From a virus: DNA of 64,000 nucleotides. Positions 27,548 through 37,424 of the stretch are shown piece after piece. Location of the stretch: IMG/VR virus record IMGVR_UViG_3300018053_000002, positions 10,063-74,062 of that record; one strand, written 5' to 3'. The notes beneath the pieces were generated by a model that saw nothing but the letters and a program-made list of their open reading frames with translations, did no database searches and had not been told where the DNA came from. Numbering within the stretch: the first letter of the stretch is position 1; every line of letters begins with the position of its first letter. Made by a program: the position numbers and the translations under genes.

Positions 27548-28396
27548 ATGCCCGATGTCGGTGACTGGACCACTCCGGTCCTGGAGGTAACCCCGTTCGA
27601 TGGCACGACGACCGCGACCTTGGTTGTCACCAAACCTGATGGCACTACGGCCAACCCGGGCGTGACCCCCTCCGCTGGTGGACACATCCAGACCGGCGTG
27701 GCCTACCAGTACACGATGGCCGGGCTCTGGCTGGAGACGTGGACGGTCAGCAACACCGGCGCTGGAGTGCAGTACCGGGACACCATCGTTACCGGTGTTC
27801 CGTCTGACCGGTATGCAACGGAAGCGGAGTTGCGCTCACGGCTGAACATCACGACCACGGCCGAGGATTCGAGGGTGCTCGACGCATTGTCTGCGGCGTC
27901 CCGTGGCATCGACGTTGTATGTGAGCGTCGGTTCACGAGAGCCAACACCGCGACGGCGAGGGTGTTTTACCCGGGTCGATGGTCGGCCGAGGTGGACGAC
28001 TTCTGGACCACGAGCGGCTTGATCGTGGCCACCGACGAGGGTGGCTCCGGGACCTTTGATTCGACCTGGACGTCGGCGGACTATGAGCTGTTTCCCCTCA
28101 ATGGTCTGGTCCGTGGCGAGGCACAACCGTTCTGTCGGATCAAGGCGGTCAACCGGTACTTTCCGCTCCAGCGGATCCGGGCCGGGCTTCAGGTCACCGC
28201 CATATGGGGCTGGGCCTCGATCCCGTCCCCGGTGCATGAAGCAGCGCTCGCGGTCGCGGAAGAGATTTACAAGCTTAAGGACTCCCCGTTCGGGGTCGCC
28301 GGCACCACAGAGTGGGGAACGATCCGTGTGCGACAGAACCCGTACGCGATGCAGATGCTCCGGCCCTACTCGCGCTACCCGTTCATGATGGCCTGA
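27548..28396 (+). CDS. head-to-tail adaptor with N-terminal extension
   Basis: YATEAELRSRL...AASRGID..CERRF...VTAIWGW..IP..V. Confidence 0.8.
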   Translation: MPDVGDWTTPVLEVTPFDGTTTATLVVTKPDGTTANPGVTPSAGGHIQTGVAYQYTMAGLWLETWTVSNTGAGVQYRDTIVTGVPSDRYATEAELRSRLNITTTAEDSRVLDALSAASRGIDVVCERRFTRANTATARVFYPGRWSAEVDDFWTTSGLIVATDEGGSGTFDSTWTSADYELFPLNGLVRGEAQPFCRIKAVNRYFPLQRIRAGLQVTAIWGWASIPSPVHEAALAVAEEIYKLKDSPFGVAGTTEWGTIRVRQNPYAMQMLRPYSRYPFMMA

Positions 28397-28397
28397 C

Positions 28398-28808
28398 ATG
28401 ATCTCCCAGGTTCGCGTCGGTCTGGCAGCCGGCATCGCCACCATCAACGGACTCAACGTCGATCCGAACGGGCTGGTGCAGGGTGCCATCACCCCACCCA
28501 CCGCGGTGATCCTGCCGGGTGAGCCGTATCTTGAATACAGCGTAACTATGGGCGACGAGGTCTACGACCTCCGATTCACCGTGCTGCTCATTGTCGGTGC
28601 GGCGTACAGCCCGGAGAACCAGCAGGCTCTCGACAACTACCTGGAACCGACCGGGGCGATGAGCATCCGCGCGGCCGTGCACTCTCACGTGACCACGGCC
28701 TATGACTACGCCATTGTGCGTCGGGCCTTCAGCATCGGGATGTTCGAGTACGCCGGTCAGCAGTATTACGGAGCGCAGCTCACCGTGGAGGTGGCGTGCA
28801 GTGTCTAG
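28398..28808 (+). CDS. tail terminator/neck protein
   Basis: Size, position, QQALDNYL...SIRAA motif. Confidence 0.65.
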   Translation: MISQVRVGLAAGIATINGLNVDPNGLVQGAITPPTAVILPGEPYLEYSVTMGDEVYDLRFTVLLIVGAAYSPENQQALDNYLEPTGAMSIRAAVHSHVTTAYDYAIVRRAFSIGMFEYAGQQYYGAQLTVEVACSV

Positions 28809-29055
28809 TGACGTTAAGGATCTCGACGAGACGCGCCGGTTGCTCTATGGTGCCTTGGCTGCTTCACGCACCGATCGGTGGGAGTTGGTCGGCACCCTCG
28901 TCAACGCGCTGGCGCATCATTCTGGGCTGAGCGAAGACCCGATGACCGACATGGACTACCTGGTCGGACTCGTGGAAATTGGTGGTACCGAGAACTCCGC
29001 TCGGGCGTTGGCCTGGATCGACCAGCTCACGGCCCGCCAGTGCGTTTCCTCGTAG
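28801..29055 (+). CDS. hypothetical protein
   Basis: GGAGG RBS; overlaps neighbours. Confidence 0.5.
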   Translation: MSSDVKDLDETRRLLYGALAASRTDRWELVGTLVNALAHHSGLSEDPMTDMDYLVGLVEIGGTENSARALAWIDQLTARQCVSS

Positions 29056-30062
29056 CGCACCCGGGGCCTCACTTCTCGGTCGCGGACGTGCACGTCGGTT
29101 GGTGCGAGGCGTTGCGGGAGTTGGGTTGTCAGGTCATCGAATACAACCTCGCGGAACGCCTCACGTTCTATGGCTCGGTGTTCTTCGAGGCGGGCGAGGG
29201 TGCCTTCCGGCGGGCGTTGACCTCGGAGCAGGCGACCGACCTCGCGACGAACGGAATCTATTCCACCCTCTACAAGACCCAGCCTGACGTTCTCCTGGTC
29301 ATCAGCGGGTTCTTCTACCCGCCCGAGGTCTATGATCGGGCCCGCGCCGCGGGAACCAAGGTTGTCATCGTTCACACCGAGAGCCCGTACGAGGACAAGC
29401 GCCAACTGGAGATCGCACCCCACGCTGACCTGAACCTGATTAACGATCCCGCTAATGTCGAGGCGTTCAAGGTGTTGGCACCGACCAGATGGCTACCACA
29501 CGCTTACCGGCCATCGGTTCACTGTCCGGGTGAACCCAAGCCGGATCTCGTCTGCGACCTTGCCTTCATCGGTACGGGCTACCCGAGCCGGGTCAAGTTC
29601 TTCGAGGCCATGGACCTCGACGGTCTGGACGTCCTGCTCGGTGGCAACTGGAAGGACCTCGACGAGGATTCACCATTGCGACCGTACGTTGGTCACGACC
29701 CGGAGGAATGCCTCGACAACGCTGACGCGGTCGACATCTACCGCTCGGCTCAGGTCGGCATTAACGTCTACCGCCGGGAATCCGAGATCGGCTACATCGG
29801 TCAGGGTGGCGCGTGTGGGCCACGTGAGATCGAGATGGCGGCGTGCGGCCTGTTCTTTCTCCGGGATCCCAGGCCCGAGAGTAATGATCTCTTCCCGATG
29901 CTGCCGACCTTCACCGGACCTCAACACGCCAGTGAGCTGCTACATGACTGGCTCGGGCGTCCCGCACTACGACAAACGTTGGCAGCCAAGGCGCGGGAGG
30001 CGGTCGTCGATCGCACGTTCACGAGCCATGCCCGGCATCTGCTGAGGCTGCTCGGCTACTAG
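29040..30062 (+). CDS. glycosyltransferase (GT-B, CgeB-like)
   Basis: TESPYED; DLAFIGTGYPSR; YRSAQVGIN; PREIEMAACG. Confidence 0.85.
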   Translation: MRFLVAHPGPHFSVADVHVGWCEALRELGCQVIEYNLAERLTFYGSVFFEAGEGAFRRALTSEQATDLATNGIYSTLYKTQPDVLLVISGFFYPPEVYDRARAAGTKVVIVHTESPYEDKRQLEIAPHADLNLINDPANVEAFKVLAPTRWLPHAYRPSVHCPGEPKPDLVCDLAFIGTGYPSRVKFFEAMDLDGLDVLLGGNWKDLDEDSPLRPYVGHDPEECLDNADAVDIYRSAQVGINVYRRESEIGYIGQGGACGPREIEMAACGLFFLRDPRPESNDLFPMLPTFTGPQHASELLHDWLGRPALRQTLAAKAREAVVDRTFTSHARHLLRLLGY

Positions 30063-30077
30063 CCCGGGGGTGGGGCA

Positions 30078-31223
30078 ATGGCGTTCGGTCGCAAGGCTCT
30101 GTTCATTATCACTGGTCTGTTGCTCGCCATGGCGGGTGTCGCTTGGGCGGTTACTCCTCCTGCCACATCGGATGACGCGGCCGTGTTCCGGCAGGTGTGC
30201 GAGGCCGCGTTGCGTGGCCAGTTGTCGACGGCGGATCGGACGTGGGCGCAACGCTGTGCGCGGGTAGGCGCGGTCGCCGGTGGAGTCCTGGATAGCCCGA
30301 GCCCGTCACCGTCCTCCAGCCCCAGCCCGTCCCCCAGCCCGTCAGGAAGCCCTACACCGACCCCCAGCCCGTCCCCGACCGTTTCCCCGTCCCCGACCCC
30401 CAGCCCGTCACCGTCGCCTACAGCGGGCCCCAGCCCGACGTCACCGGTGTTCGGCTGTCCCGTCTTCCCGGCTATCCCTGACCAGGACTGCACCGGCTGG
30501 CGGCATACCGGTGTTACCCTCCACGACTGCCCGCTCACCTTGACCGCAGCTAGTTACGACTCGTGTCGATTCAACGGCAGTATCGTCGTCGCTTCAAGCA
30601 ACGTCCAAGTATCGCGGTCGCTGGTCCTCGGTCACGTCGAGGGCGCCGGCTATGACCTACGTGGCCTGATCCTCACCGACGTGGAGGTCTCCGGCTCGGC
30701 GGACAACATGGCTGCCATCGGCAACTCGAACTGGACCTGCCTCCGGTGTGATGTGCATGACGGTCAGCGTGGCTTTGCGCTCGGCAACAACGTGCGGGTC
30801 GAGGACTCCTACGCCCATGACTTCGCGATTATCCCTGGCGCCCACCAGACCGCGGCCAGTACGCACGGTAGTAGCAACGTGACCGTGTTGCACTCGAATC
30901 TGCAATGCAATAGCGACGCCTATGCCTGCTCGTCGGCGATGAGCTTCTATTCGGAGGACGCTCCCGGCATCAGCGGCTTCACGGTGCGCCACAACCTGTT
31001 CAACACCGATGCTGGTTACTGCGTCTTCTTTGCTTCACTGACGGCCGGTAAGCCGTACGGAATTACCAATGTCATGTTCATCGACAATCTATTCGGCAAG
31101 CTGTTCCGCAGCGGTACGAGGTGTGGCGAGTATGGGCCTCTCGCGAACTGGCCAGAGTCGCAGGCCGGGAATACGTGGTCTGGAAATGTATATCAGGATG
31201 GTTCGGGGCCGGTGCTGCCATGA
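30078..31223 (+). CDS. secreted protein with Pro/Ser linker and probable right-handed beta-helix
   Basis: Signal peptide; (SP/TP)n linker; VEDSYAHD, VTVLHSNL, TVRHNLF, FIDNLF repeats. Confidence 0.75.
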   Translation: MAFGRKALFIITGLLLAMAGVAWAVTPPATSDDAAVFRQVCEAALRGQLSTADRTWAQRCARVGAVAGGVLDSPSPSPSSSPSPSPSPSGSPTPTPSPSPTVSPSPTPSPSPSPTAGPSPTSPVFGCPVFPAIPDQDCTGWRHTGVTLHDCPLTLTAASYDSCRFNGSIVVASSNVQVSRSLVLGHVEGAGYDLRGLILTDVEVSGSADNMAAIGNSNWTCLRCDVHDGQRGFALGNNVRVEDSYAHDFAIIPGAHQTAASTHGSSNVTVLHSNLQCNSDAYACSSAMSFYSEDAPGISGFTVRHNLFNTDAGYCVFFASLTAGKPYGITNVMFIDNLFGKLFRSGTRCGEYGPLANWPESQAGNTWSGNVYQDGSGPVLP

Positions 31224-31266
31224 GGGCCAGGTCAGTGAACTCGCAATTTAGTGGAGGTTGACCCTA

Positions 31267-31665
31267 ATGGCTCGTATTGCTGGTAGGAACGGTCGTGTCT
31301 ACATCGCCATCACGTCCGTTGGTACTGCTGCGCCGTTGCCGTTCCAGGCGTCGTGGTCGCTCTCTGCGGCCGTTGACAAAATCGATGTCACTGCGATGGG
31401 TGACACTAACAAGGTCTACGTGTCCGGGCTTCCCGACGCCAGCGGTGAGTTCTCTGGCTTCTACGACGACGCCACGGCGCAGACCTACACCGCTGCGACC
31501 GACGGATTGCCTCGTAAGTTCTACCTCTACCCGAACCTGTTGCTGGTGACTCAGTACTGGTTCGGTGAGGTGCTGCCGGACTTCTCGGTCAACGCCACTG
31601 TAGACGGCGCTGTCCAGGTGTCGGCGAGCTGGAACGCGTCGAGCACCATCATCAAGGTCGGCTAA
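31267..31665 (+). CDS. major tail (tube) protein
   Basis: WSLS...IDVTAMGDTNKVYVSGLPDASGEFSGFYD. Confidence 0.85.
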   Translation: MARIAGRNGRVYIAITSVGTAAPLPFQASWSLSAAVDKIDVTAMGDTNKVYVSGLPDASGEFSGFYDDATAQTYTAATDGLPRKFYLYPNLLLVTQYWFGEVLPDFSVNATVDGAVQVSASWNASSTIIKVG

Positions 31666-32130
31666 GTGCCGGTCACCGTCGAGGTCCGTGGTCAGGCCGA
31701 ACTACGTGACGCCGCCAGGGATCTGCGGAAGGAAAGAGCACAGCTACGCCAGCGATTGGTCGACGCGACCCTTCATGCGGTCAGACCGTTGGAGGGGCTC
31801 ATTAAGGTGGGCGCTCCGGCGTTCCTGCCCTCGGGCTATGCGCCCGTCATGGTGAGGACCCTGAAGGTGACCCCGTCGGTCCGGCTTTCTCGTGGTCGGC
31901 GGGGTGTGAGCTTGCGCGTGCACGCGAAGGGCCAGAAGGAACAGCGGGACGTTGAAGCCGTTGATCTCGGTATGTTGCGACACCCGGTGTTCGGCAACCG
32001 TAGGCGCTGGGTCGAGCAAGGCATCACGCCGGAGTTCGTGACCCGGCCGTTCGCGGCGATGAAACCCCGCATCATCAGTGAGCTGGACGATGTGCTCGAC
32101 GGTATGCGCGTGAGGATTGAGAGGGGCTAG
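31666..32130 (+). CDS. tail completion/neck protein (HK97 gp10-like)
   Basis: Basic; RHPVFGNR..WV.Q motif. Confidence 0.7.
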   Translation: MPVTVEVRGQAELRDAARDLRKERAQLRQRLVDATLHAVRPLEGLIKVGAPAFLPSGYAPVMVRTLKVTPSVRLSRGRRGVSLRVHAKGQKEQRDVEAVDLGMLRHPVFGNRRRWVEQGITPEFVTRPFAAMKPRIISELDDVLDGMRVRIERG

Positions 32131-32523
32131 ATGCGAATCACCTTGGCTGAGAAGGACCGCGAACGTTTCAGTGTGCCCGAGGTCATCGAATACGAAGAGA
32201 TGGACCTGACCCTTGGCGAGGTCGTGGCCCTGGAGGAGCAGGCTGGCATCACGTTCGATGTCTGGGCGGACATGCTACGCGGTGACCCCGTACCGGTGGA
32301 GGAGGGCAGAGAGCCACGCTATCGCCGGTCCTACCGCACTCAGCACGTCATCCTCTGGCTGGCGGTCCGTAAAGCAGGAGTGAATGTCAAGTACAAGGAC
32401 TTTGACGTGTCGCTGAGCGGGCTGAAGGTTCTTCAAGATGAGGTTGCCGTGGAGGAGCCGGGAAAAGAGCCGGGCCCGGACGGGTCCGAATTGCCAGACT
32501 CCCCAGCGACGACCCCGAGCTGA
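32131..32523 (+). CDS. tail assembly chaperone (gpG-like)
   Basis: Between tail tube and tape measure; contains slippery GGGAAAA at 32460-32466. Confidence 0.8.
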   Translation: MRITLAEKDRERFSVPEVIEYEEMDLTLGEVVALEEQAGITFDVWADMLRGDPVPVEEGREPRYRRSYRTQHVILWLAVRKAGVNVKYKDFDVSLSGLKVLQDEVAVEEPGKEPGPDGSELPDSPATTPS

Positions 32524-32678
32524 GCACGCTACGCCACTGGTATGACCTCGCATTTGAGCATCTCTTCTCGTTGACGATTGAGCAGATCAATGCCATGCCC
32601 TATAGCGAGTGGTGTGACCGGCGACGGTTCTCTGATCTGATGATCCCGGTGCGATGGGGGGTGCCAGATGGCTCGTGA
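32131..32678 (+). CDS. tail assembly chaperone gpGT (-1 programmed frameshift product)
   Basis: -1 frame after G GGA AAA is open to TGA 32676-32678 (...HLFSLTIEQINAMPYSEW...). Confidence 0.75.
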
Positions 32679-34680
32679 CCTGAACATCGACATCTATACC
32701 CAGGCGCATCTTGACGGGCTGGATAACGCGGCCCTGGGGTTGGACCAGACAGCCAGGAGTGCCGACAAGACTGGCAGCTCTTTCCGCAACATGAAGCAGG
32801 ACGCTGAAACACTCAACAAGACGATCGCGGTCACGAAGACAAAGGTCCAAGAACTCAACGCAGAGTTCGCGAAGAGTGGTGGCAGCGACAAGTCGATCTT
32901 TGGTGATCTGAAGAAAGAGCGTTCGTTCCTTGCTGAGCTGGAGCGGATCAAGAGGGAGTTGTCCAAGGACCAGGGCTGGGCTCTTGCTTTGGGGTCCAAC
33001 GCCGGTGCCGGTTTCGGTGACGGTTTTCTCTCGGCGCTCTCTGCGACACCACTGCGTACCAAGGCTATCGCTGCTCTGGTTGCTGTCGGTGTTGCTGCGT
33101 CTCCAGCCCTGGGTGCCGCGGTTGCTGGAGCGGTAACCGGTGCAGTCGGGCTCGGTGGGATTGCAGGTGGAATTGCGGCGGCGTCAAAGGACCCACAGAT
33201 CCGGATGGCAGCTAAGCACTTCAGCACCACAATCTCCAAGGAGTTCTTCAGCTCCGGATCGGCGTTCGTTGAACCGACCGTTGCGGCGCTAGACATCCTG
33301 GAGAAAGCTTTCCAGGATCTTGATCTGGGTAGTTCGTTTGCCCGAGCCGCACCCTTCGTCGAGGACGTTGCTCGTGGCATTGCTGGGCTAGCTACGAAGT
33401 TCATGCCGGGCTTCAATAAGGCTCTCGATGACGCGGGCCCAATATTGGAAGCCCTCGGCCGTGAACTGCCCGAGATCGGCGACGCGCTCGGTGACATGCT
33501 CGCCGACATGGCCGGTAGTGACGGGACCCTTGAGGGCTTCATCTTCCTGATGGATGTCATCGAGGGTAGCCTCCGGGCCGTCGGCGCCACTTTGCACTTC
33601 CTGGGCGAGGTGTTCGAGAACGCCATTCAGGCTATGCGGCTTCATACCGATGTCCTGCTTATTCAGTTCGGTAAGATACCGATCTTGGGTGACAAGCTCC
33701 GAGAGTTTAAGGGCCATCTCGATGACCTTTCTGTCGGTCAGCGTAACGTCGTCGTTGCCACTGATGATATGACCAAGGCCGTCCGGTTCTTCACGCCGGA
33801 GGCCCGCGAGAGCACCAAGATTCTGGTCGAGCAGGCCTACACCTCCATGATTGCCGCCGCTGAGTTTGAACACCTCCGATACATGACCGAGCAGGCCAAG
33901 CTGGAGCTGGCCCGCTTCAACCAGGAGGTTGAGGACGCGTTCAACGTAGAGATGACCCTTGACGAGGCAACTCTGCGTGTGCAACAGGGGATGTTGAGGT
34001 TAAAGGACACGCTGAAGGAGAACGGTAAGCACTGGGAGACCAACACCGAGAAGGGCCTGGCCAACCGGGAAGCGTTGCTGTCTCAGGTCAAGGCCCTTGA
34101 CGGGGCGCGACAGGCCATGGTGACGAAGGCCGGCTCAGACACCAAGGCGATCGATGCCATCAACGCGAAGTTCAACGCCCAGATTCTAGTCATCATGAGC
34201 ATGGCAAGGACGGCTGGCGCCGGGAAGGACGTGCTCAACGACCTCGCCGGGTCATATCTCATCGATGTCAAGGCGCCGACCGTGGTAACGGCCAAGGACA
34301 AAGTCAACGACCTGCACACCGCGTTGAACAACCTGCCCAGCCTGAAGACGCTCTACGTCAGGACGATCTACCAGGAGTTCCGCCAGGGGGAGAGGTCCTC
34401 TACCGGCCGGCAACACGGTGGCGACGTGCTGCCGCACCACACCTACCAGTGGCAGGAGAAACGGCCCGAGGTGCTGGTGATGGGCGCACAAAAGGGTCAC
34501 GTCTTCCCGTCGGTGGACGCCTACAAGAAGGCGATGGGTAACGGGGGCGGGGGTGGGCCCACGTACAACCTCACCATCAATGCCGGCATGGGGTCAGATC
34601 CACGTGAGATCCAGCGCGAGATCATGCGCGCCATTCAGGGCTATGAGAGCAGCAATGGCCGTCGCTGGCGGACACCGTGA
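32668..34680 (+). CDS. tape measure protein
   Basis: Long Ala/Gly-rich helical protein after the chaperones. Confidence 0.85.
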   Translation: MARDLNIDIYTQAHLDGLDNAALGLDQTARSADKTGSSFRNMKQDAETLNKTIAVTKTKVQELNAEFAKSGGSDKSIFGDLKKERSFLAELERIKRELSKDQGWALALGSNAGAGFGDGFLSALSATPLRTKAIAALVAVGVAASPALGAAVAGAVTGAVGLGGIAGGIAAASKDPQIRMAAKHFSTTISKEFFSSGSAFVEPTVAALDILEKAFQDLDLGSSFARAAPFVEDVARGIAGLATKFMPGFNKALDDAGPILEALGRELPEIGDALGDMLADMAGSDGTLEGFIFLMDVIEGSLRAVGATLHFLGEVFENAIQAMRLHTDVLLIQFGKIPILGDKLREFKGHLDDLSVGQRNVVVATDDMTKAVRFFTPEARESTKILVEQAYTSMIAAAEFEHLRYMTEQAKLELARFNQEVEDAFNVEMTLDEATLRVQQGMLRLKDTLKENGKHWETNTEKGLANREALLSQVKALDGARQAMVTKAGSDTKAIDAINAKFNAQILVIMSMARTAGAGKDVLNDLAGSYLIDVKAPTVVTAKDKVNDLHTALNNLPSLKTLYVRTIYQEFRQGERSSTGRQHGGDVLPHHTYQWQEKRPEVLVMGAQKGHVFPSVDAYKKAMGNGGGGGPTYNLTINAGMGSDPREIQREIMRAIQGYESSNGRRWRTP

Positions 34681-36494
34681 GCCTGCCGACGGTCATCGTC
34701 GAGGCGGCGTTCTCGGGTGGCGCATCCACCGGCTCGTACCTACAGCTCGACGACCTCACGCGAGGAAAGCTGGACACGGCCACGCTCGGGCCCGACACGG
34801 TGTGGACCGACATCAGTGCCTATGTGCATCGGCTGGCCATCGACCGCGGAGCCAATCGGGTCGAGTCGTCGATCCTCCGCAGTGAGGCCGGTACGTGCAC
34901 CATTGACCTGAACAATAGCGATAGGCGATTCGATCCGACCAACCTCTCCGGGCCCTACGTCTCGGCCGGGGTTACCCAGGTCACCCCGATGCGCGCAATC
35001 CGGGTACGCGCCACCTGGAACGGCGTCACGTATGACCTGTTCCGGGGTTTCGCCGATGAGTGGCACATTGACTATGACCCGCCGCGGTACTCGCTCTGCA
35101 CACTGCGTTGCACCGACGCGACCAAGGTGCTGGCCAACTACGACCGGGTTGCGGTGGGGGCAGTCGGGGGCGGGGAGGCTGCCGGCGCCAGGGTTACCCG
35201 CATTCTTGATTCGGGCTCGTGGTCGGCCTCGGACCGGTCCATCGCCACGGGCGATACCACCATGCAGGCGACCACGCTGGAGGGTCCGGTCTGGGACGAG
35301 CTGCTCCTCACTCAGGCGACCGATGTGGGCGAGATCTATATCGATGGTGCTGGTCGGGTTGTCTACCGCAACCGCCAGGCGGCGATGGAGGACCCGCGAT
35401 CGACCGGCGTGCAGGCGAGGTTTGGTGACAGTCCGGTGCCGGGCGTGCAGACGACCATCAACCTGGTCCGTAACCCGTCGGCCGAGATTGACATTGTCGG
35501 CTGGGGTGCCGGTGGCTCCGCTCCACCAGTGCCAACCCAGTCCAGTGTACGGGCCATGTTCGGCACCAAGTCAGTCCTGTATACGTGGGCCACCAACGGT
35601 CTTCTACCTTTGGCCAGCTATATAGTGACTGGGCTTGAGTTCGGTAAGACGTACACGATCAGTGTCTATGTCTATGTTCCCACCGGCTCCCCCGGCGTGT
35701 TCCTCTTCTTGCAGACCGGCCTGTCCTTTGAGGAGGGCATAGGCACTGGAACCAACCTGAAAGATCAGTGGGTGCGGCTGACCAAGACCCATACCATTTC
35801 ACCGGCCACCGGCTCGACCTGGGACATTCAGCTTTGGCCTCTCCAGACTCCGACATCTGGTGATCAGCTCTTTGTAGATGGGCTCCAGGTAGAGCTAGGT
35901 GGCAGTGCCAACATCTATTGTGACGGTGACCAGGCGTCCTCGGAGTGGGATGGTGTGGCTCACGCCTCCACGTCGCGACGTTTACCCGAGCTGCCCTATC
36001 AGGATGTTGAGATCGAGTACGACGATACGACTATCGCCAACTATGTACGGATTACCGCGGTAGGTGGTACTGAGCAGGTGGTCCAGGATGTTACGAGCCA
36101 GCAACTCTATTTGATTCACACTCACTCGCGCAGTGACCTGATCATGGAGACAGATGCGGCGGCGCTCGACTACGCCAACCTCATTCTCTACCAGTCCAAG
36201 GACCCCGAGCTGAGGTTCTCCACGCTGGATGTCATTCCCCATCGTGATGAGACGGCGTTGTACCCGCAAGTGCTCGGGCGCGAGTTCGGTGATCGCATTC
36301 GTATTGTCAGACGACCCCCCGGTGGCGGAACCATTGCGCGCGACGTGTTCATCCGTGGAGTTCGTCATGAGGTTGACAAGAGGTCCAATGCGTGGGGGAC
36401 CCGCTGGACATTGCAGTCGGCCACTAAGTACGCGTTCCTCACCCTTGACCATGGGACGCTCGGGAAGCTCGATGAGAATGCGTTGGCGTACTAG
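34677..36494 (+). CDS. minor tail/baseplate protein with inserted carbohydrate-binding-like domain
   Basis: WTDISAYV...RG, LNNSDRRFDP, LFRGF; insert NLVRNPSAE...YTISVYVY...VDGLQVE. Confidence 0.8.
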   Translation: MSLPTVIVEAAFSGGASTGSYLQLDDLTRGKLDTATLGPDTVWTDISAYVHRLAIDRGANRVESSILRSEAGTCTIDLNNSDRRFDPTNLSGPYVSAGVTQVTPMRAIRVRATWNGVTYDLFRGFADEWHIDYDPPRYSLCTLRCTDATKVLANYDRVAVGAVGGGEAAGARVTRILDSGSWSASDRSIATGDTTMQATTLEGPVWDELLLTQATDVGEIYIDGAGRVVYRNRQAAMEDPRSTGVQARFGDSPVPGVQTTINLVRNPSAEIDIVGWGAGGSAPPVPTQSSVRAMFGTKSVLYTWATNGLLPLASYIVTGLEFGKTYTISVYVYVPTGSPGVFLFLQTGLSFEEGIGTGTNLKDQWVRLTKTHTISPATGSTWDIQLWPLQTPTSGDQLFVDGLQVELGGSANIYCDGDQASSEWDGVAHASTSRRLPELPYQDVEIEYDDTTIANYVRITAVGGTEQVVQDVTSQQLYLIHTHSRSDLIMETDAAALDYANLILYQSKDPELRFSTLDVIPHRDETALYPQVLGREFGDRIRIVRRPPGGGTIARDVFIRGVRHEVDKRSNAWGTRWTLQSATKYAFLTLDHGTLGKLDENALAY

Positions 36495-36847
36495 TGGGCC
36501 ATAAGTGCTCACCGTCTGGCGACCATCCGAAGGTTCCCAGAGTTGGTGACGCGGTTCTGTTTGTTCCTGAGTGTTACGGCGTTCCTCGGCTGGTTGTCGT
36601 GGTCATGGTCCACATGCAGGACATGGAAGACCTGAATGTGTGGCGATGGCGAACCGACCCGTCGACCGGTCAACCGACCCTTGTTGTTGACCAGAATGGT
36701 CAGCCGGTACCGGTCGAGTGGCCTAATCCAAATCTTGAGCTACTTGACGATGACGGCAATACCCACATGACGCGGCAAATTCGATACCGAGGCTCGCCGG
36801 GCTGGACCTGGCCCCTCTCTCTGGGAGGAGTAACAGGTGGCCTTTAA
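36494..36847 (+). CDS. hypothetical protein
   Basis: Fills gap, overlapping both neighbours. Confidence 0.5.
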   Translation: MGHKCSPSGDHPKVPRVGDAVLFVPECYGVPRLVVVVMVHMQDMEDLNVWRWRTDPSTGQPTLVVDQNGQPVPVEWPNPNLELLDDDGNTHMTRQIRYRGSPGWTWPLSLGGVTGGL

Positions 36848-37424
36848 AACATTCACTGTCGGTGAGGTTCTGACTGCCAGCGATGTCAATACCCACTTGA
36901 TGAAGCAGGCCGTCATCGTCTGCACATCGGGCACCCGGCCAGGCTCACCGGTCGAGGGCATGACGATCTATGAGACTGACACCAACGAGTTGCTCATTTA
37001 CGACGGAGCCGCGTGGGTCCTAGTGACGCCCATTGACGCCTGGACCACCTATGTGCCGGTATGGTCATCGAACGGAACTCAGCCCGCAATCGGCAACGGA
37101 ACGATCACCGGTGCTTCTATCCAGCATGGTAAGACGGTGCATGTCCGGGGCCAGATCACGATGGGTTCGACGACCACGTTCGGCACCGGCTCCTATCTTG
37201 TGACAGTCCCGATTGCATGCACCGCTGGTTCCCAAGCCCAGACCGTGGCCGTGACTTTCTACTTCGATACGGGGACGGCTAACCGGGGCGGTATGGCGGT
37301 CTTCACTAACTCGACGACGCTCCAACTGGTCACCGCGGCTGGGGGCGATGTCACCAATCTCGTGCCTCAGACGTGGGCCAACGGCGACAACATCCGGTGG
37401 TCTATTATCTACGAGATCGCGTAA
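36837..37424 (+). CDS. tail fibre/minor tail protein
   Basis: FTVGEVLTASDVN; EGMTIYETDT; WTTYVP.W...GNGTITG. Confidence 0.75.
   Translation: MAFKTFTVGEVLTASDVNTHLMKQAVIVCTSGTRPGSPVEGMTIYETDTNELLIYDGAAWVLVTPIDAWTTYVPVWSSNGTQPAIGNGTITGASIQHGKTVHVRGQITMGSTTTFGTGSYLVTVPIACTAGSQAQTVAVTFYFDTGTANRGGMAVFTNSTTLQLVTAAGGDVTNLVPQTWANGDNIRWSIIYEIA

Noticed and set aside
34095-34103. Self-target of array spacer CCTTGACGG
   Set aside because: Single 9-mer match expected by chance; partner spacer not adjacent
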